DNA from: the human T2T-CHM13v2.0 reference genome, Homo sapiens | NCBI RefSeq assembly: GCF_009914755.1 | Contig: NC_060925.1 | Reading direction: 5' to 3' (one strand) | DNA length: 64,000 nt | Shown here: positions 24,611 through 39,084 of the stretch, one piece after another | How positions within the stretch are numbered: the stretch's first letter is position 1 | Layout of the letters: every line of letters starts with the position of its first letter | Position numbers and translations under genes: made by a program | Notes under the pieces: model-generated | What the model saw: only the letters and a program-made list of their open reading frames with translations | What the model was told of the DNA's origin: nothing | Databases searched by the model: none

Positions 24611-24960
24611 CAGTATAGGAGTCTCCCCTTATCTGCAGGGTATATACATTCCACAACCCTAGCAGATGCTTAAAACAGTAGATAGTATCAAACTCTATAT
24701 ATACTATGCTTTTTCCTATACATGCCTCCTTATAATAAAGTTTAATTTATAAATTAAGTACATAAGAGATTAACAACAATAACTAATAATAAAATAGAAA
24801 ATTATAACAATATACTACAATAAAAGGTATGTTGATGTGGTCTCTTTCTCTCTCTCTCTCCTTCTCTCTCTCTCTGTCTGTCTTATTATACTGTACTCAC
24901 CTATTTTCAGACTGAGGTTAACCATGAGTAACTGAAACTTCAGATAAGCAGGTCAACTGT
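24611..24960 (-). mobile_element. MER44A (Tigger7 derivative)
   Basis: ccccttatctgcagg…taaagtttaatttataaattaag…gtactcacctattttcagactgaggttaacc…cagataag. Confidence 0.85.
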
Positions 24961-25619
24961 GCTACGTATTTTCTAGCCAATAGTGTCTGAGGGGTTTGGG
25001 CAGTAGAAAGGTAAGGAGAAGTAGAACCACTAATACATAAAACTTTAATAAATGGTTTACGCCCTGAAACAAAAATACTGGTTATTCTATTTCATGCTTA
25101 CTTGAATCTTCATTATCGGTTCTTTCTTCCAGGTTCTCAAATGTCAAAATACAAATGCTCTAATTTGGTATACGTTACATCTTTTACATTTCCTATCGTG
25201 TATTCTCAATGACATCTAATTCATTCTCTCTCCTATACTGTTTTAAACAAACCAAATTGATCCCATCTTAAAACATGTTAAGAATCCTGAGCAACTGAAT
25301 ATCAGAAGAGGGTTTTGTCAAGAATTTTCATCTGTATTTTAAGAATGAAAGAATGCCATAAAAACACCATAAAGATATGCCCAACTTATTCCAAGTTCCT
25401 GGTGACCTTGAAAAGTATCCCTGTGCTTTCATCATTCTTTGTGTAGCCAGTCGATTACCTTCCCAACAACTCACCATGACAAAATTCATGATTAACATCA
25501 TCTACCTACACAGTGAAGATGTTCTTCTGTCATCTTTGACATTGATGCATGGCCCACAAAATACCAGGATTAATTACAAACCGAAGACCACAGCTGTTCA
25601 AAGACAGTTGCAGAGAATG

Positions 25620-26200
25620 CTAAAGTTTAGCCTCCATATAGTAGCCAGAATAATCTTTTCGAAACATTCAGATCATGCCATTGTGGTCTCACATCTTCCT
25701 AGAGGAAAGATTTCCTAACTCAGAATAAATTCCTCCCCATGACCTATGAGCTTCCTCCTCTGACCTCATCTTGTACTACTCTACTTGTTTACTAGACTCT
25801 GTCACACTGGCCTCATTTCCAATTCCTTCATTCAGCAGCTATGCTCCCAATTTGGGGCCATTGCACTTGCTGGACCCCTGCTCCCTGTGGTCTTTCTGCA
25901 GATGACAGAGTGGCCTCCCCCTGCACTTCATTCATCTCTGTTCAGATGTCCGATTATTAGAGAGGCCATCCCAAAAATACTACCCATTCCTCAAACCATC
26001 ACTCTATTATCCCTTTACCCTGCTTTATTTTCCTTCTATTACTTAGCCCAGATACCCCATCACATGCTTATTTTTCACTTGGCAGGCATATCTCTCTCCT
26101 AGAATATAAAATTCATGTGGAAAGGGACTCTTATGTTCACATTGAGAACAGTGTGTGGCATAAAGCAGATCCTCAGCAAATATTTAGGGACTGAAGAGGT
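25620..26200 (+). mobile_element. L2 3' region
   Basis: gccagaataatcttttcgaaac…agaatataaaattcatgtggaaagggact…gtgtggcataaagcagatcctcagcaaatattta. Confidence 0.7.
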
Positions 26201-27499
26201 CTATTAGAACAACCACATGCTTCCACAGGTCATTCAGAAATTGTATTTAGACCTCAACTCATAACACTTGACTTTCTTGTTCTTTCATCAGGACCATTTT
26301 ATCCTGCCTGCCTGATGACAAAATTGCATTTCATTTTAGTTATACTATTATTTAAGTTCAAATTGCCTGGTCAAGCACTATGACTTTTCCTGATTCACAT
26401 ACAAAAATAGAAAATGCTTATTCCCATATGCATTTGACATTATAATTTACATTAAATACACTACTCTTTATTTCATTTATATTTATGATGTATAAATTAA
26501 ATTAAGTTTACAAATTAATGCACTTGAGTTATTCCACTATTAGAACATATTGCCAAGATTGTGTCACAATGCATGACAGCTTAAGCTGAAAATAACAGAA
26601 AAATAAACATTAAAATAACACTATGCCCTGTAATACTGGATTAACACCCAAGAACACTGTCTGATTGCAGCTAGCAATTATAATCTTTTACTTTATCTGC
26701 TTCACTGTGTACAGTACATCTTTTATTCAATTCATCTGATTTGTTGATGGACTGGACAAAGTCCAATTAAATATGACATACTATAAAATAGTGAGAAGGA
26801 AAATATCATTTTATGCAATCAACCTAAAAGGTATGAAGGCAATGGCTGTACTTTACTCATTTATCCACTGCTATGATCTCAAGTAAAAACAATTCAAATT
26901 AAATCATGTTAGCTTAGAGTCTATAAAACATCATTAATTGTATATGATTTTTAGCCCACAGATTTATTTGTAACATAGATTATTCTTTAACATAATAACA
27001 GCTTTTATTCTAACTGAAAAATGATTAAATACCATACAAATGTGGGACATGGTCATTTACACATTCTCTCAGCCCTCTTTCATTTCTACCTACAGTTCCA
27101 GTCAGGGATCTAAGTACAATATATATATGTGTGCATATTTTGTGATTTTATGTGGAATTTTCTTAGAAATTGTTATTCATACAAAAAATTTCAAGAATAT
27201 TTTTGACTTTTAAATCTATTATTTAAAATATTAACAAATTTATTGAATCATTTCCCTGAGTATTTGTATTTAGAAAACATTAGCCCCCCAACTGTTATAA
27301 TTTACTCAGCCTCAGGTTTTTGATAGCATTAATCCTTCCACATCATTCTGAATATTATACATGGTCTTTGTTCTGTTTTACCTGTTAATGTCTTATGCTT
27401 TATATTCCCTGATTCTATATTTCCTGGCTTTCACAACCCTCAAATTTTGTTCTTTTGTGGAAGATGAACAATAGAACAAAACTATGAGTTCTTACACAG

Positions 27500-28400
27500 A
27501 AGGCAACATATTTTAAAGAAAACGTGCAGTTATACAATACTGTGGCAATATAAGAATAACAGATAAGGTGAATAAGAAGAAAAGAGAAGTGTGCTTATGT
27601 GACAAGACATTCAAGATACAGTGTTAAGTGAAAAAAGCAAGTCTCAGAACAAAATGTATAGTATGTTTCCATCTATACATAAAAATAACATATGTATATG
27701 TATCTGTGTAATATAGCAATATATATTAATATATCTATACCTATCTACCTACCTATAATTTCTGTAATCATGCACACACCAAAAAATTGCTATCCACCGT
27801 TATCCCTGGAGAAAAAGAGTAAAGGTTGGGCGAGAAAGACTTTCACTTTCACTTTATTCTTCTCTGTTCTGTAATGTTTAAACATTTAAACCAAATTTTT
27901 GTGAGAAAAAAGTTTATCAAAAACCTTAAAATATCTATAACTTTTGAACAAAAATTATACTTATTGAAATTTATCTTAAGAAAATGTTTATAAATTTGAA
28001 ATAATCTTAGTAATAAGACACTAAAGTACTAATAACAATAGTGAAAGTAAGAAAAAATATAAATGTCCAACAATAAGGAAATGGCTAAATTATGAGAAAA
28101 CCACAGAATGGCATAACACACAGAGATTAAATATGTTCATAAAGATTAAAGATGTGAAAAATGATCACGTTATAATGTTAAGATATAAAGCAGCATATAT
28201 TTTACAAAATATGAAAACAAAACTTTGTAAATCCTAAGTTGACAAATAAAGAGCCCGACCAAATGTTAAAAGTGATCTTTTTGTGTGTGATAAACCTATG
28301 AGTAATTTTTCAAAATTACTTTTCTCTATTGTCTAAATATTATTCCATGTGTATTATTTGTTAATAAAAAATTAATAATCGCACATATATTACGGCTTAA
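27500..28400 (+). mobile_element. Old L1 (L1ME/MC) 3' fragments
   Basis: gtgttaagtgaaaaaagcaagtctcagaac; aaatgtccaacaataaggaaatggctaaattatg. Confidence 0.6.
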
Positions 28401-28412
28401 CAAAGATAAACA

Positions 28413-28816
<404 letters not shown>

Positions 28817-29297
28817 TCAAGACCATAGGTTTCCCAATATATTTGAGAAAATTAATAAGCCAATACACTTTTCATTTTACAAACCCAGAGAAAAAAAAAC
28901 TACTGTCTTCCAGGTGACATGATCATAGTGCTACATCTCTGATATTCTACAGCCTAATTATGACCCTCATTATGTATATCCTACTTTACAAAAAGATGTC
29001 TACTTACACAAATTCAGGTAAACAATCTGGTTCTCTGAAGTGAAAATTTAAAAAATGAAAATAATGTTAGTGTTTCTATTGACCTTTAACACCTCTACCT
29101 TTTTGATTAGCAGCTTGTCAGCTTGTATACATTTTCTAGATGATACCTTATATGTATGAAAATTTCATAATGAAATTCAAGATCAAAGATTTGAATTATT
29201 TTATAAAAGGGTTTCAAATATATTTGAGCTAGAATCTTGATTTATATATGACAAAAATCCTTTTGAAGATGTTCAGGGTCTTTGCATTTTTATTCTA

Positions 29298-29468
29298 GGG
29301 CAGAGGTTTATGAACTTTATCTCTAAAGTCCCAGTTTGTAAATTCTTAGGATTTTGTGGGCTATTTAAAAATACAAAAATCATTCTTGGCTTGCAGGCTA
29401 TTTAGAAAACAAGACAAAATAGTAGTGGTTTGGCCCCTGGGCCAAAGTTTGTCAAACTCTGTTCTAGA
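29298..29468. mobile_element. MER58-like MITE
   Basis: cagaggtttatgaacttt…ttaggattttgtgggc…tttggcccctgggccaaagtttgtcaaactctg. Confidence 0.6.
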
Positions 29469-30374
29469 GTTATTTTTGGTAACTTATTCAAAGGTCATAT
29501 GCATTGCTATACTCCACTATCTAAAACACCTTTATCCTCCTGTATCCCACCTTCAAAATTGTATTTAACCTTTAAAGTTTCTCAAATACGTTCTTCGTGA
29601 AAACTTTCAAGGTGTCTTTTAACAAACAGGACTTCTCTCCTTTGAAGCCACATAGCATTTTTTACCTTCTCTATTTTACATGGGACTACTAACCTTTGTC
29701 TGGTGGTGTGCCAAGGCTTCCACTCAGCAAGTTATGAGAGAAACTCTGTCTTACACATTTTTTATTGACTATGGTGCCTTGTGCATAGTAGAAGATTAAT
29801 AATATTGGTTGAAGTAATAGATAACTATTCGACATCTTCAATTCCTAGTAGACCCCAGTGGTTTAACAGTAGTTTTTAAGGGTCTAAAAGTAACATAGAC
29901 GCTAAAAGCATTCATATGCTTTTAAAACGCAGCTGAATTTTAGTAATATTAAAATGTGAAAATAAATTTTATCTTAAAATCAAGAATGGCTCCTGCATTG
30001 ACAGGGGAGACAGATGAGAGAGAGCAACCAAAGGACTGTGAACCAGTTCCAGGGCACAGGAGGCTAGGTGAGAGGCAAGCATCGGGCAGGTGCAATCCAG
30101 CTCTCCACAGGACACCCCTCAGCCCTTCCACTGTGCTCCTCAACTTGAGAAAAGCATCAGACCTTCCATGTGTCTAAGGTCTGGGGCCTGATTATCCTGA
30201 CACTCCTTACTGTTTCCATGTCAAATGAACAATCTTACACACCCAGGAGCCCCAGGGATCAGAAAGTAACTCAGTTTCAGAGAACTCAAAGGGAAGTTTG
30301 GAATCTTGTAAGAAAATTTTACACTATTATCTAAATCTAAATTCATATTACACAGACGCAATAGGCAATATTTA

Positions 30375-30620
30375 TAAGTTCTGGAACAACTCTGCCTGAA
30401 TTCATATCCTAGGAATGCCTCTTTTAGCTGTGTAATCTTTGGTAACTTATTTAACCTTTGGAAGCTACATTTCATTTTTCATCTGTAAAAAAGAGATGAT
30501 GATAATAGAATGTAACTTAGAGGGAGACTGGATTTTTGTGAGGACGTGATGAGTTAATATATCTAAGTGTTTAGAACCATGCCTGGAACGTAGTAAGCAC
30601 CTATTAACATTAGCTATATA
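30375..30620 (+). mobile_element. MIR
   Basis: tagctgtgtaatctttggtaacttatttaacc…ttcatctgtaaaaaagagatgatgataata…atgcctggaacgtagtaagcac. Confidence 0.8.
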
Positions 30621-30998
30621 TCTGAAACTCCATATATAGCTAAAAACAAATAGTATTTCTAGTATTAAATAATCTCTAAAAGCCACACACATCCTTGCCT
30701 TCAGACACATACTGTGCTTTATTTCATTCCTGAGATGGAATTCCCATAGGAGGGAATTTACCGAAAATAGGAAACAGGCTGGATAGAAATTATCGAGTAA
30801 TTTTTTAAGTGCAAGAGAAGGCAAACAGCAAACTGAAAATACATGTATGATTATGTGACAAAGAGAGACACAGCAAAAAATCTTGAATCCCTAAAGCATT
30901 GTCACAGTAGTATTTCCCAAGCTTTGGCATAGTGCAATGACCAAAATCAGCTTCCATGCATGAGGATGATGGCAGCTCAACTCAACGGCCATACTTAC

Positions 30999-31448
30999 CA
31001 CCTTCCTCCAACCCAGGGAGACCTGCCTTTTTGTCCTTCACCTGAGCAGTGCTTTCTTCCCAAAGCTTACTCTTATCCTTTTCCTTTTCTTCTGCAGAAA
31101 CACGTTTCCCGGACTTCTCAGATAAACCCTCTGCAATCTCTTGGGTTCCTTTCTCCGTTCCTTCTTTAAGAACATTCTCAAAGCTTTCGTCTATTGGCAT
31201 CGGCTTGGTCTCCACATCTGCTTTTGTTATTTCTTGGTCTTCAATTTCAATTTCTAAGGATTCCTCAATTGGAAGGTGAGACTTTCTTGGCTTATCATTT
31301 TCACTCAGTTCCTGAGAAGATGACCTTCTGGCACTTTCATCTGTGCTGCTGTCAGTGTGGGCTTCCCTGTCCCCCACTGCAGATTCATCCTCACTGTCAC
31401 TAGAATAAGGGTGACTTCTGGATGAGGTTGATGAAGCAGTTTTCATAT
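30999..31448 (-). CDS. ERICH3: ERICH3 coding exon (exon 12), 450 nt, S/E-rich
   Basis: tattttttgtag|AT ATG AAA ACT…GAA GGT G|gtaagt. Core of ORF 30982..31494. Phase 1-1. Confidence 0.95.
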
Positions 31449-31593
31449 CTACAAAAAATAAAAGTGATGACATTGTTGTTGTTCTGTAAAGCAATTGGTT
31501 TAATTGTAAAAATTATGTTAGCAATTAATAATACTAAAAATTTTAAAACATAGTTTAATATAGACCTGATATCCTTTTCCCATATAGTCTACT

Positions 31594-32129
31594 CAGTGGT
31601 CCCCAATCTTTTTTATACCAGGGAGTGGTTTCATGGAAGACAACTTTTCCATGGACTGGGGTTGAGTGGGGATGGTTTTGGGATGATTCAAGTGCATTAC
31701 ATTTATTGTGCACGTTATTTCCATTATTATTACATTGTAATATATAATGAAGTAATTATACAACTGACAATAATATAGAATCAGTGGGAGCCCTGAGCTT
31801 GTTTTCCTGCATCTGGACGGTCAGATTTGGAGATAATGCGAGACAGTGGCAGACCATCAGGCATTAGATTCTCATAAGGAGCTCACAACCTAGAACCCTG
31901 GCATGTGCAGCTCACAATAGGGTTTCTGCTCCTATGAGGATCTAATGTTTCCACTGATCTAACAGGAGATGGACCTCAGGCAGTAATGCCAGCGATAGGG
32001 GATGGGAAGTGGCTGTAAATACAGATAAAACTTCGCTGGCTTCCCCACCACTCACCTCCTGCTGTGCAGCCTGGTTCCTAATAGGCCATGGACCCTGTAC
32101 CAGTCCGTGGCCCGGGGATTAGATCCCTG
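31594..32129 (+). mobile_element. MER1A (hAT-Charlie)
   Basis: cagtggtccccaatcttttt…ggtttcatggaagacaac…gcattagattctcataaggagc…ccagtccgtggcccgggg…ccctg, about 535 bp. Confidence 0.88.
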
Positions 32130-32530
32130 GTCTAAATCATTGTTAGGATAAGGAAAACCTATCAAATCAATGGAATATATGAGTATATAGAAATTTTCAA
32201 TAGATCACATTTAACTATCAACCATCCCTGTTTTTTTGTTGTTTTTTGAAAGCCATTTTTTATTGAAAACGCTTTATAAATATTCACTTTGTTATAGAAA
32301 AAAATGAATAATCCTTTGTCTCTTCAACAAAAGCTTTTTTTAAAAAAATTTATTTCATTCTATCACCACAGTATTCTGTGTGCATGAAACTTAAATTTTT
32401 GTCTACTGTACTATCCACCATCCTAGTATATCTTGGTATATGGACACAGTAAGATCTGTGTATTTGGCCAGTACATAGACAAATATTTTTAGGTGACACT
32501 TGCATGTGTGTGTGTACATAGATGGAGATT

Positions 32531-32986
32531 TTATCTTATTTTGAGCTCTGCAGAAGCAGAAGCTGAGATGAAGATTCATGTGTGAGAAAAGTATTTAAGA
32601 TGTGCTCCAGGAGAACTCTTAAGGGAGTAGCAGAAGCAAGGGAAGGAAGGGCAGAAATCAATCAAGGGAGATATTTCAAGCCCCATCTCAATCTCAACCT
32701 GATCCCATGGGCACTTCTGACATGTAAGCTATATTAGGATGTAATTTATATTAGGCAGGAGCTGGGCTTTCATACTTCGGAAAAGTCAGACATTAGCTAT
32801 GGGCCACCCTAGGGGGAATGTAAACTCTCTGGCATTTCCAGGCTCTTTGAGTCTGAGGGTGAAGCACCACCAGTAGTCCAGGGCAGTCCTCTGAAAAAGG
32901 TGAAGGGAGCAGAAGATGGGAAATGGGTGAACAAAGTTGGCAAGAGATTCTGGGAGATCTAGGCAGTGTGACGACAGGGTGCTACA
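32531..32986 (-). mobile_element. ERVL solo LTR (LTR16E/LTR33-like)
   Basis: cagaagcagaagctgagatgaagattcatg…gagctgggctttcatac…cagggcagtcctctg…gctaca. Confidence 0.6.
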
Positions 32987-35639
32987 GATTCGCAGTCTAG
33001 AAACTTACGGTAGCCACAGCTGGTTTATGTAATACCTAGAAAGGTTTTAACAATTTCCAGTAAAGTACCATACACACTGAATCTCAATAAGGAAGCTGGA
33101 CAGCATAAAAAATCACTGCATACATTGCTACAGGCCAGAGAAATACAATCTAGCTTTTCTAACCAATAGGTCTAGGTCTGTAATTGTTTTTTTTATACTT
33201 CCAAATAAAACATCCTACATTTAAATGCTGCCTATTTTTTTGTTTTCTCTGTACTCCTTACTCTTTTTTCTGTTTCTTTATTTCTTTCAGTTCCATTTGG
33301 CAGCTGTACCGATGGCTGTAGCAGCTAATGCAGAGTTTAAGATAAAAAATACCTGTCTTTGCGCTTATCCTCTTCTCTCCATGCCTCCAGCCCTGCCGGC
33401 TCTCCATGACAGGTCTTAGCATTTTAAATATAGTCTCAGAGACATATCAGAGTTTCCACAAAGATTTGAGAGATGCTACACAGCAGTAAAAAACAAACTC
33501 AAAAAGCCTTTCAGCAACAGAGCCCCTGAAGTCTAATTCCATTTGCTTTTATCTCCTGATACCTTGACAAACACCAGATGACCACTATTTTTCAAATAAA
33601 TCACATACTCTAGCTACTCATTCTTTATTCTCCATTTTATAAAATCTGGATATGCCATCTCTCTGGTAGAAAATGTAGCAAATCAAGGAGAGTTCTTCTC
33701 CATCTTATTTGTATCCGTTCAGAAACTTTAGGGTCTATGAACTCCCCTTTCCCTTCAGAGTCTTATGTTTCTTCTTTAAAAAAAGAACATCAGCTCTGAT
33801 TTATTAGCAGTTTAATCAATGGCTTTCATTAATTACATAGTTAGCTAGGACTCAATGTTATACTCCTTCTGAACTCCAAAAATATATCTACCATCTGAAT
33901 ATGGAAATGACTCCTACTTTTAGCTCTGAGAGTTGGTCATATAATTTTTAAAAATGAGTGCTCCTCTGCCTTTCTTTAGCAGCTTCCATTAATTGTATTA
34001 TTTTATTTCAAAGGGCTGAAATATACTCTGGTTCAAGTTTGAGTCAGTCCTTCAGAGGAGAAAGATCAGGAGAATGAATGGCCTCGAAGTGGCCAGGGCA
34101 CCTGACCTCCCATACAAACTCATTTCAGTTTTCAAATTTCTCCCTAACCTCATGCTATAATTTAGTTTCACTCTCATTTCTTTCTCTCATTTACATACAC
34201 AGACACGGGGGTAAGACTTTGCCTATAAAAAAGCTAAAAAAGCTTCAGGGTTATGAAATAGGATTTTCAAAACTAATTTTATTTATTCTCTTAGAAATAA
34301 AGCAAATGCTTATATTAAAAAAAACTTTGAGAGCACGTATGTAAATTTGCTTTGTCATTAGGAGGGAAAAATTATCTTGGAAGCATGTTGATAAACAGCT
34401 ATGCCTCCTACCCAATTCCATTTGTTCATGTATTCCCTTCTGGTAGTGATGCTATAAGAACCTGCTTTTGCTTGTTTTGGCAAAGAAAAGATCTGCACTC
34501 ATTGCGTGAGGTCTTGGCCGAAGCCAGCAAGTTTGGTGCCATTGTTCCATGTCCTAAGCAAGGTCTTTGACTTTTCTCTTTCCACAGTCAGGAGCTCTCC
34601 AGGCCCTTCTTCCCTTTTCATGTCATTGACAACTGCTTCTTTCTTTCTTTTTTGGCATCACTATAATTAAAATCTTGTTTGACACAGCATGAGATTGAGA
34701 AAAAATAACATATTCTCCTGTACGACAAACCCTGGTGTCCCAATCACAGCTCAGCTACTTAATAGTTTCGACTTTGGTTATGCTATTTAATTTCTTTAAG
34801 GCTCTGTTTTCTTAACTGTAAAATGGGGATAATTCTACTTGTTCTCCTTACATAATTGTAGAAATTACATGAGAAAAATATTTAACCTAATCAAATGAAA
34901 TAACTATTTCTTTATAGTCTTTTTTCCTCTATGACATCATACATGTAGCATATTCTAATAAATTTCTCTCTTGTAATTTCTTTCTTGTGATATTGAGTGA
35001 TATCACAGCTACCATGATAAAGATAAAACCAATCATGATTATGCACCTACTATAAACCAAACCATGACATAGCACTTTACAAACATCTCATTTAATCCTA
35101 TGAAATAATAATTATCTTCTATTTTGAGATCCAGAAAGAGAGGTCCAAAGAGGTTCAACAGTACCCAATGTCCATTACCTAGTAAGTAGCAAGTTTTTGT
35201 AAATGCTTCTTTTGTAATGATAGACTGCAATAAAACCAAGACCCTTCTATTTGCTAAAAGGCCTTCAGACAGGAAGTACCCACAGCCATGGACCCACCAT
35301 TGCTCCTCTTAGCTGACTTTTCACTGTTACCACTTGAGACTGACAGACAGGAAATTGTTCTCTTTCAAAAATCAGAACTCATGAAATGTGTAGTCTGTCC
35401 TTGTTTTTTTATCTCTACTGGTCATTCTTAACTTTGTCCACCACTCCAAAGCTCAGAGTCCACTTAAAATATTCTGAGGCACAGAATATGAATACAAAGC
35501 AAAAGCAAAAGGTAGCGATCAAAGTCTTCCCTAGTTTATTTATAACATTTATCATGATGCTATTTTATGAAAATATACATGTTATTCAGTTATTTACCAA
35601 ATAACTACAGAACACTGTGGGGACACTCACAAAAATGGG

Positions 35640-35641
<2 letters not shown>

Positions 35642-35677
<36 letters not shown>
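35642..35677. repeat. (GT)18 microsatellite
   Basis: Perfect GT run. Confidence 0.95.
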
Positions 35678-35680
<3 letters not shown>

Positions 35681-37699
35681 CTTTGTATGCCAGCAGTCTT
35701 CACTGTTTATACTGCCTGATTGCTAGCTTGATACGCCTGACCAAGGGCACCAGCCACACACACATCCAAAGTCAACACCAGTCCAGCAAATCCAGGATAA
35801 AGTCTGCTCTCCCTCCTCATAACTGAGGTTCTGAGTTGTCCTCACTTTCCTTCCAACTTACATAGATTCATTTGTCCACTAAATACATATCGAGAACTTC
35901 CTATGTGCCAGGCAATGTTCTACAAGAAAACAGAAACCTTGGTCCTTGCTTCTACCTATAATACACACTCAAAACAGAGATTGACTAATTATCCACCTCC
36001 TTTCGCATGAGGGAAATAGATCCACTGTACATGTTCATAAAGGTATTGGTTCACTCTAACAGTGACTGCTGATAACTCTCTCAGAAACTATTGCCATACT
36101 CTTATTGCAATCAGTAGCCAAATTGTCTGTTTTAAACCAATGACCAGACCTGACCTTAGTTTTCAATCATTTTCTCACCTGCTAGCAAGGAGCATAATTT
36201 TACCACAGTTTAAATTCACCATTTCCTTAATTAGTGTCCTGATTTTAACTACTTTGTTTTTGGTTTATTAGCTGGAAGCACCTACAGAAATTGCAGTTTA
36301 AGTTCACAAACTAAAATGAGTAAATTAAGTTAAAAATTTAAATGATCTCAGTGACATAACCGTGGATCCCAACCCAGTGGATCCAATATGCTTTTCAATT
36401 CTAATACCATCCAATTCTCTCCTTCCTATTCCTTAGTCCAAGAGTTCACAGCAAAATCTGCATATATGCTGCTCTTAATTTCTTCAAATTAGCCATGACA
36501 CATGAATTTATATATCCTACTATTAGTTGTATAAATAGTTCTGTCTTAATGAAACTTACAAGTTCAAGAAAAACTGTTTATATTATATGTCAGTTCAATC
36601 AATATCTTCATGTACAGTAATAGCTAATTAGACAAGTGCTTTATACTCAATAAATGTTGTAGGATGAATCTGTGCTTAATGAAAATAAAAATATAAATTA
36701 TCAAATTCCAACTATGAACAGTAACTGGTTTTTAGTCTTAAGAGGGAACATATGCCCACATACTGATAGTTATTATTATCAGATGAAATGTCTCAAATCA
36801 TCAGGGAGACAAGTATATGTAAGAATACATATTCACAGGTAAATGCAGATATAGCAGGAGGAGAATAAAATAAAATGTTCTCCATATTTACCTTTAATTT
36901 CACTTTCTAAACATTAAAATAAACTGTTAAAATATTTATAATACAATCAAATCATGTGTCACATTGTGCTGTATACATTATTTTCATTCATCTGTTGATC
37001 TATTCAATCAGCCCTTCATTCACAAGAGTTCACTGAGTGTCTATGTAATGCCTTTGTTTTCTACAAGGCAGATTCAAACTGTAGAGAAACACTTCATAGA
37101 AAAGTATTTTTGTGTGAATTAAAGGATAGTTCTACATTTAAGTATTCACCTGAAGTTATGCCTTCCTACTTCGACAATTGAAAAGTGACTATGGATTGGG
37201 GAATTATTACCATTAAGAAACATTTAAGTTTGATTGACCACGCAAAAAATCACACATATTATATAGTCTTTGGTCAGAAGCCATCTATAACATTCCCATA
37301 ATCTTCTCTGATCCAAGAAGCAGATACATTACACTGAAGTCCAACGGTGCGTCTCACAGCACAAAGAATTTCAACACAGGAGAAGCCTACACCCCTATAC
37401 TTCTTTTCAAACCCATATTGAAGCCAAAAGATTAAGGGTGAGATTCTTAAAATCATAAATCAATTAAGTAGAATATTACTGTGATTCTGGGACTTTAAAA
37501 GTTTATAAGATTTACTTCTTCAACAGATTGAAAAATAGCATGAATGAAATCATCTTTCTTACTAGAAAAAAATGACTTCAAGTCTTACTTTCTTTTTTTC
37601 ATATTCTGGGAGAAGTCTCTTCTCTGTCTCTTTATCTCTACTTCAATCTCAATCTGTCTAATCTTTCTCAAAAGGAGCTAGTTAGTCTTTTTTTTCATT

Positions 37700-37984
37700 A
37701 CTAATTTTTAAATTTGTAATTGACAAATAATTATTGTATATATTTATGAGACACAATGTGATGTTTCAGTGCATGTACACATAGTATAATGATCAAATTG
37801 GGGTAATTACATATGCATCACTTTAAGCATTCATCATTTCTTTGTGGCGACAATATTCAAAATCTTCTCTTCTAGCTATTTTGAAATATATATTACACTG
37901 TTATTCGCTATAGTCACCCTACTGTGTAGTAAAATACTAGAACTTATTCTTCCTGTCTAACTGTAACTTTGTACCCGTTGACCT
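37700..37984 (-). mobile_element. L1MA-type 3' end
   Basis: ttgtatatatttatgagacacaatgtgatgttt…ctagctattttgaaatata…ctaactgtaactttgtacccgttgacc. Confidence 0.85.
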
Positions 37985-39084
37985 CTTACTCATGGACACT
38001 ATCATCCAAACTGTCCATAAAAGTATATTCTCAGTGACATGATACTTTTCCCCTCAACCTTATAACATTCATCTATGACAATATATTTTCAACTGGTGAA
38101 TTAGTGCCTGGGGTTGCCAACACAAATGCAGAGAAAAGGAAGCTGTCGTTCTTTTTAAATGATAGGAAGTCTCACACATCATTCCTAAACCAGGGTCCTC
38201 TCTTAGTCAGCTTGCAGCCAGTAGCACTCTATCACTCATGGGCTGCTCAGCACAGTGTATTCATCAAGGCAGGCCGACACAATTGTTAGCTGGCAGTTCA
38301 AATGAGGCTGACTTGTCACAAGAGTGACAGCCTGGGCAATTGTTTGCCCTCTGGGAACAGGTGTAGGCAGGTTCAAATGAAACACATCCAAATACTAACA
38401 GCAAGATTCTTAATCATGTCAATAAAAAGGATGTACTGGTGTCTGGGATTCAGTGGTCACATATGCCTCTCACACTTTTGGAAATGAAATGCTGTCTGGC
38501 TTTTCAACAGAGTATTCCAAGGAATCCATCATGTCATTATCATTTTTAATACATGCTACTTGTTCGCTGGATAAAATCTCTAATGCTGACACTCCACATA
38601 CTAAAAGACATGTTTATGCCTTGAATAACACAAAGGCAAGTTATCAAAATAAAGGAATGGAAAATAAGAAAGTCTGACGATGGAGTAAAAAAAAACCATA
38701 ATCAGCAATGAGATTTGATTTCAGAATGACACTGTTTCAAAACACCAAGCATGCAAAAGAGCCCTTTAAAAGCATAGCTTAATAACATCATTAATGAAAC
38801 AACAAAAGAAAATAGCTAGCCAATTTAATTTTGGCTCTTAAATTTCCCAATATTTGTGAACCAGCTATATGTTCTTATAGTTTTCATTGCATATCTATTT
38901 AAAATATTATATATTATGTATCTATACAACGTTGCTAATTATAGATTTTTCCCATTGAAAATTCCAATAACTGTAAAGTATAAATGTAGCTAGATATCAT
39001 GGCACTAACCGAAACATCTTCGTATTATTGGTGTTAGCATTCAAGTAGTTGCTTAATATTTAAAAAATATCTTTTGAGAAATCA

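Noticed and set aside
24179-24654. 93- and 96-aa minus-strand ORFs in intron 12
   Set aside because: There is no AG directly after the pyrimidine tract, no matching donor and no recognisable homology, and part overlaps MER44A.
27770-27810. Minus-strand acceptor-like ctctttttctccag|G at 27805 as an alternative terminal exon (GITVDSNFLVCA*)
   Set aside because: It lies in old L1 sequence where such tracts are common, and there is no nearby convincing poly(A) signal, so the sequence alone does not support it.
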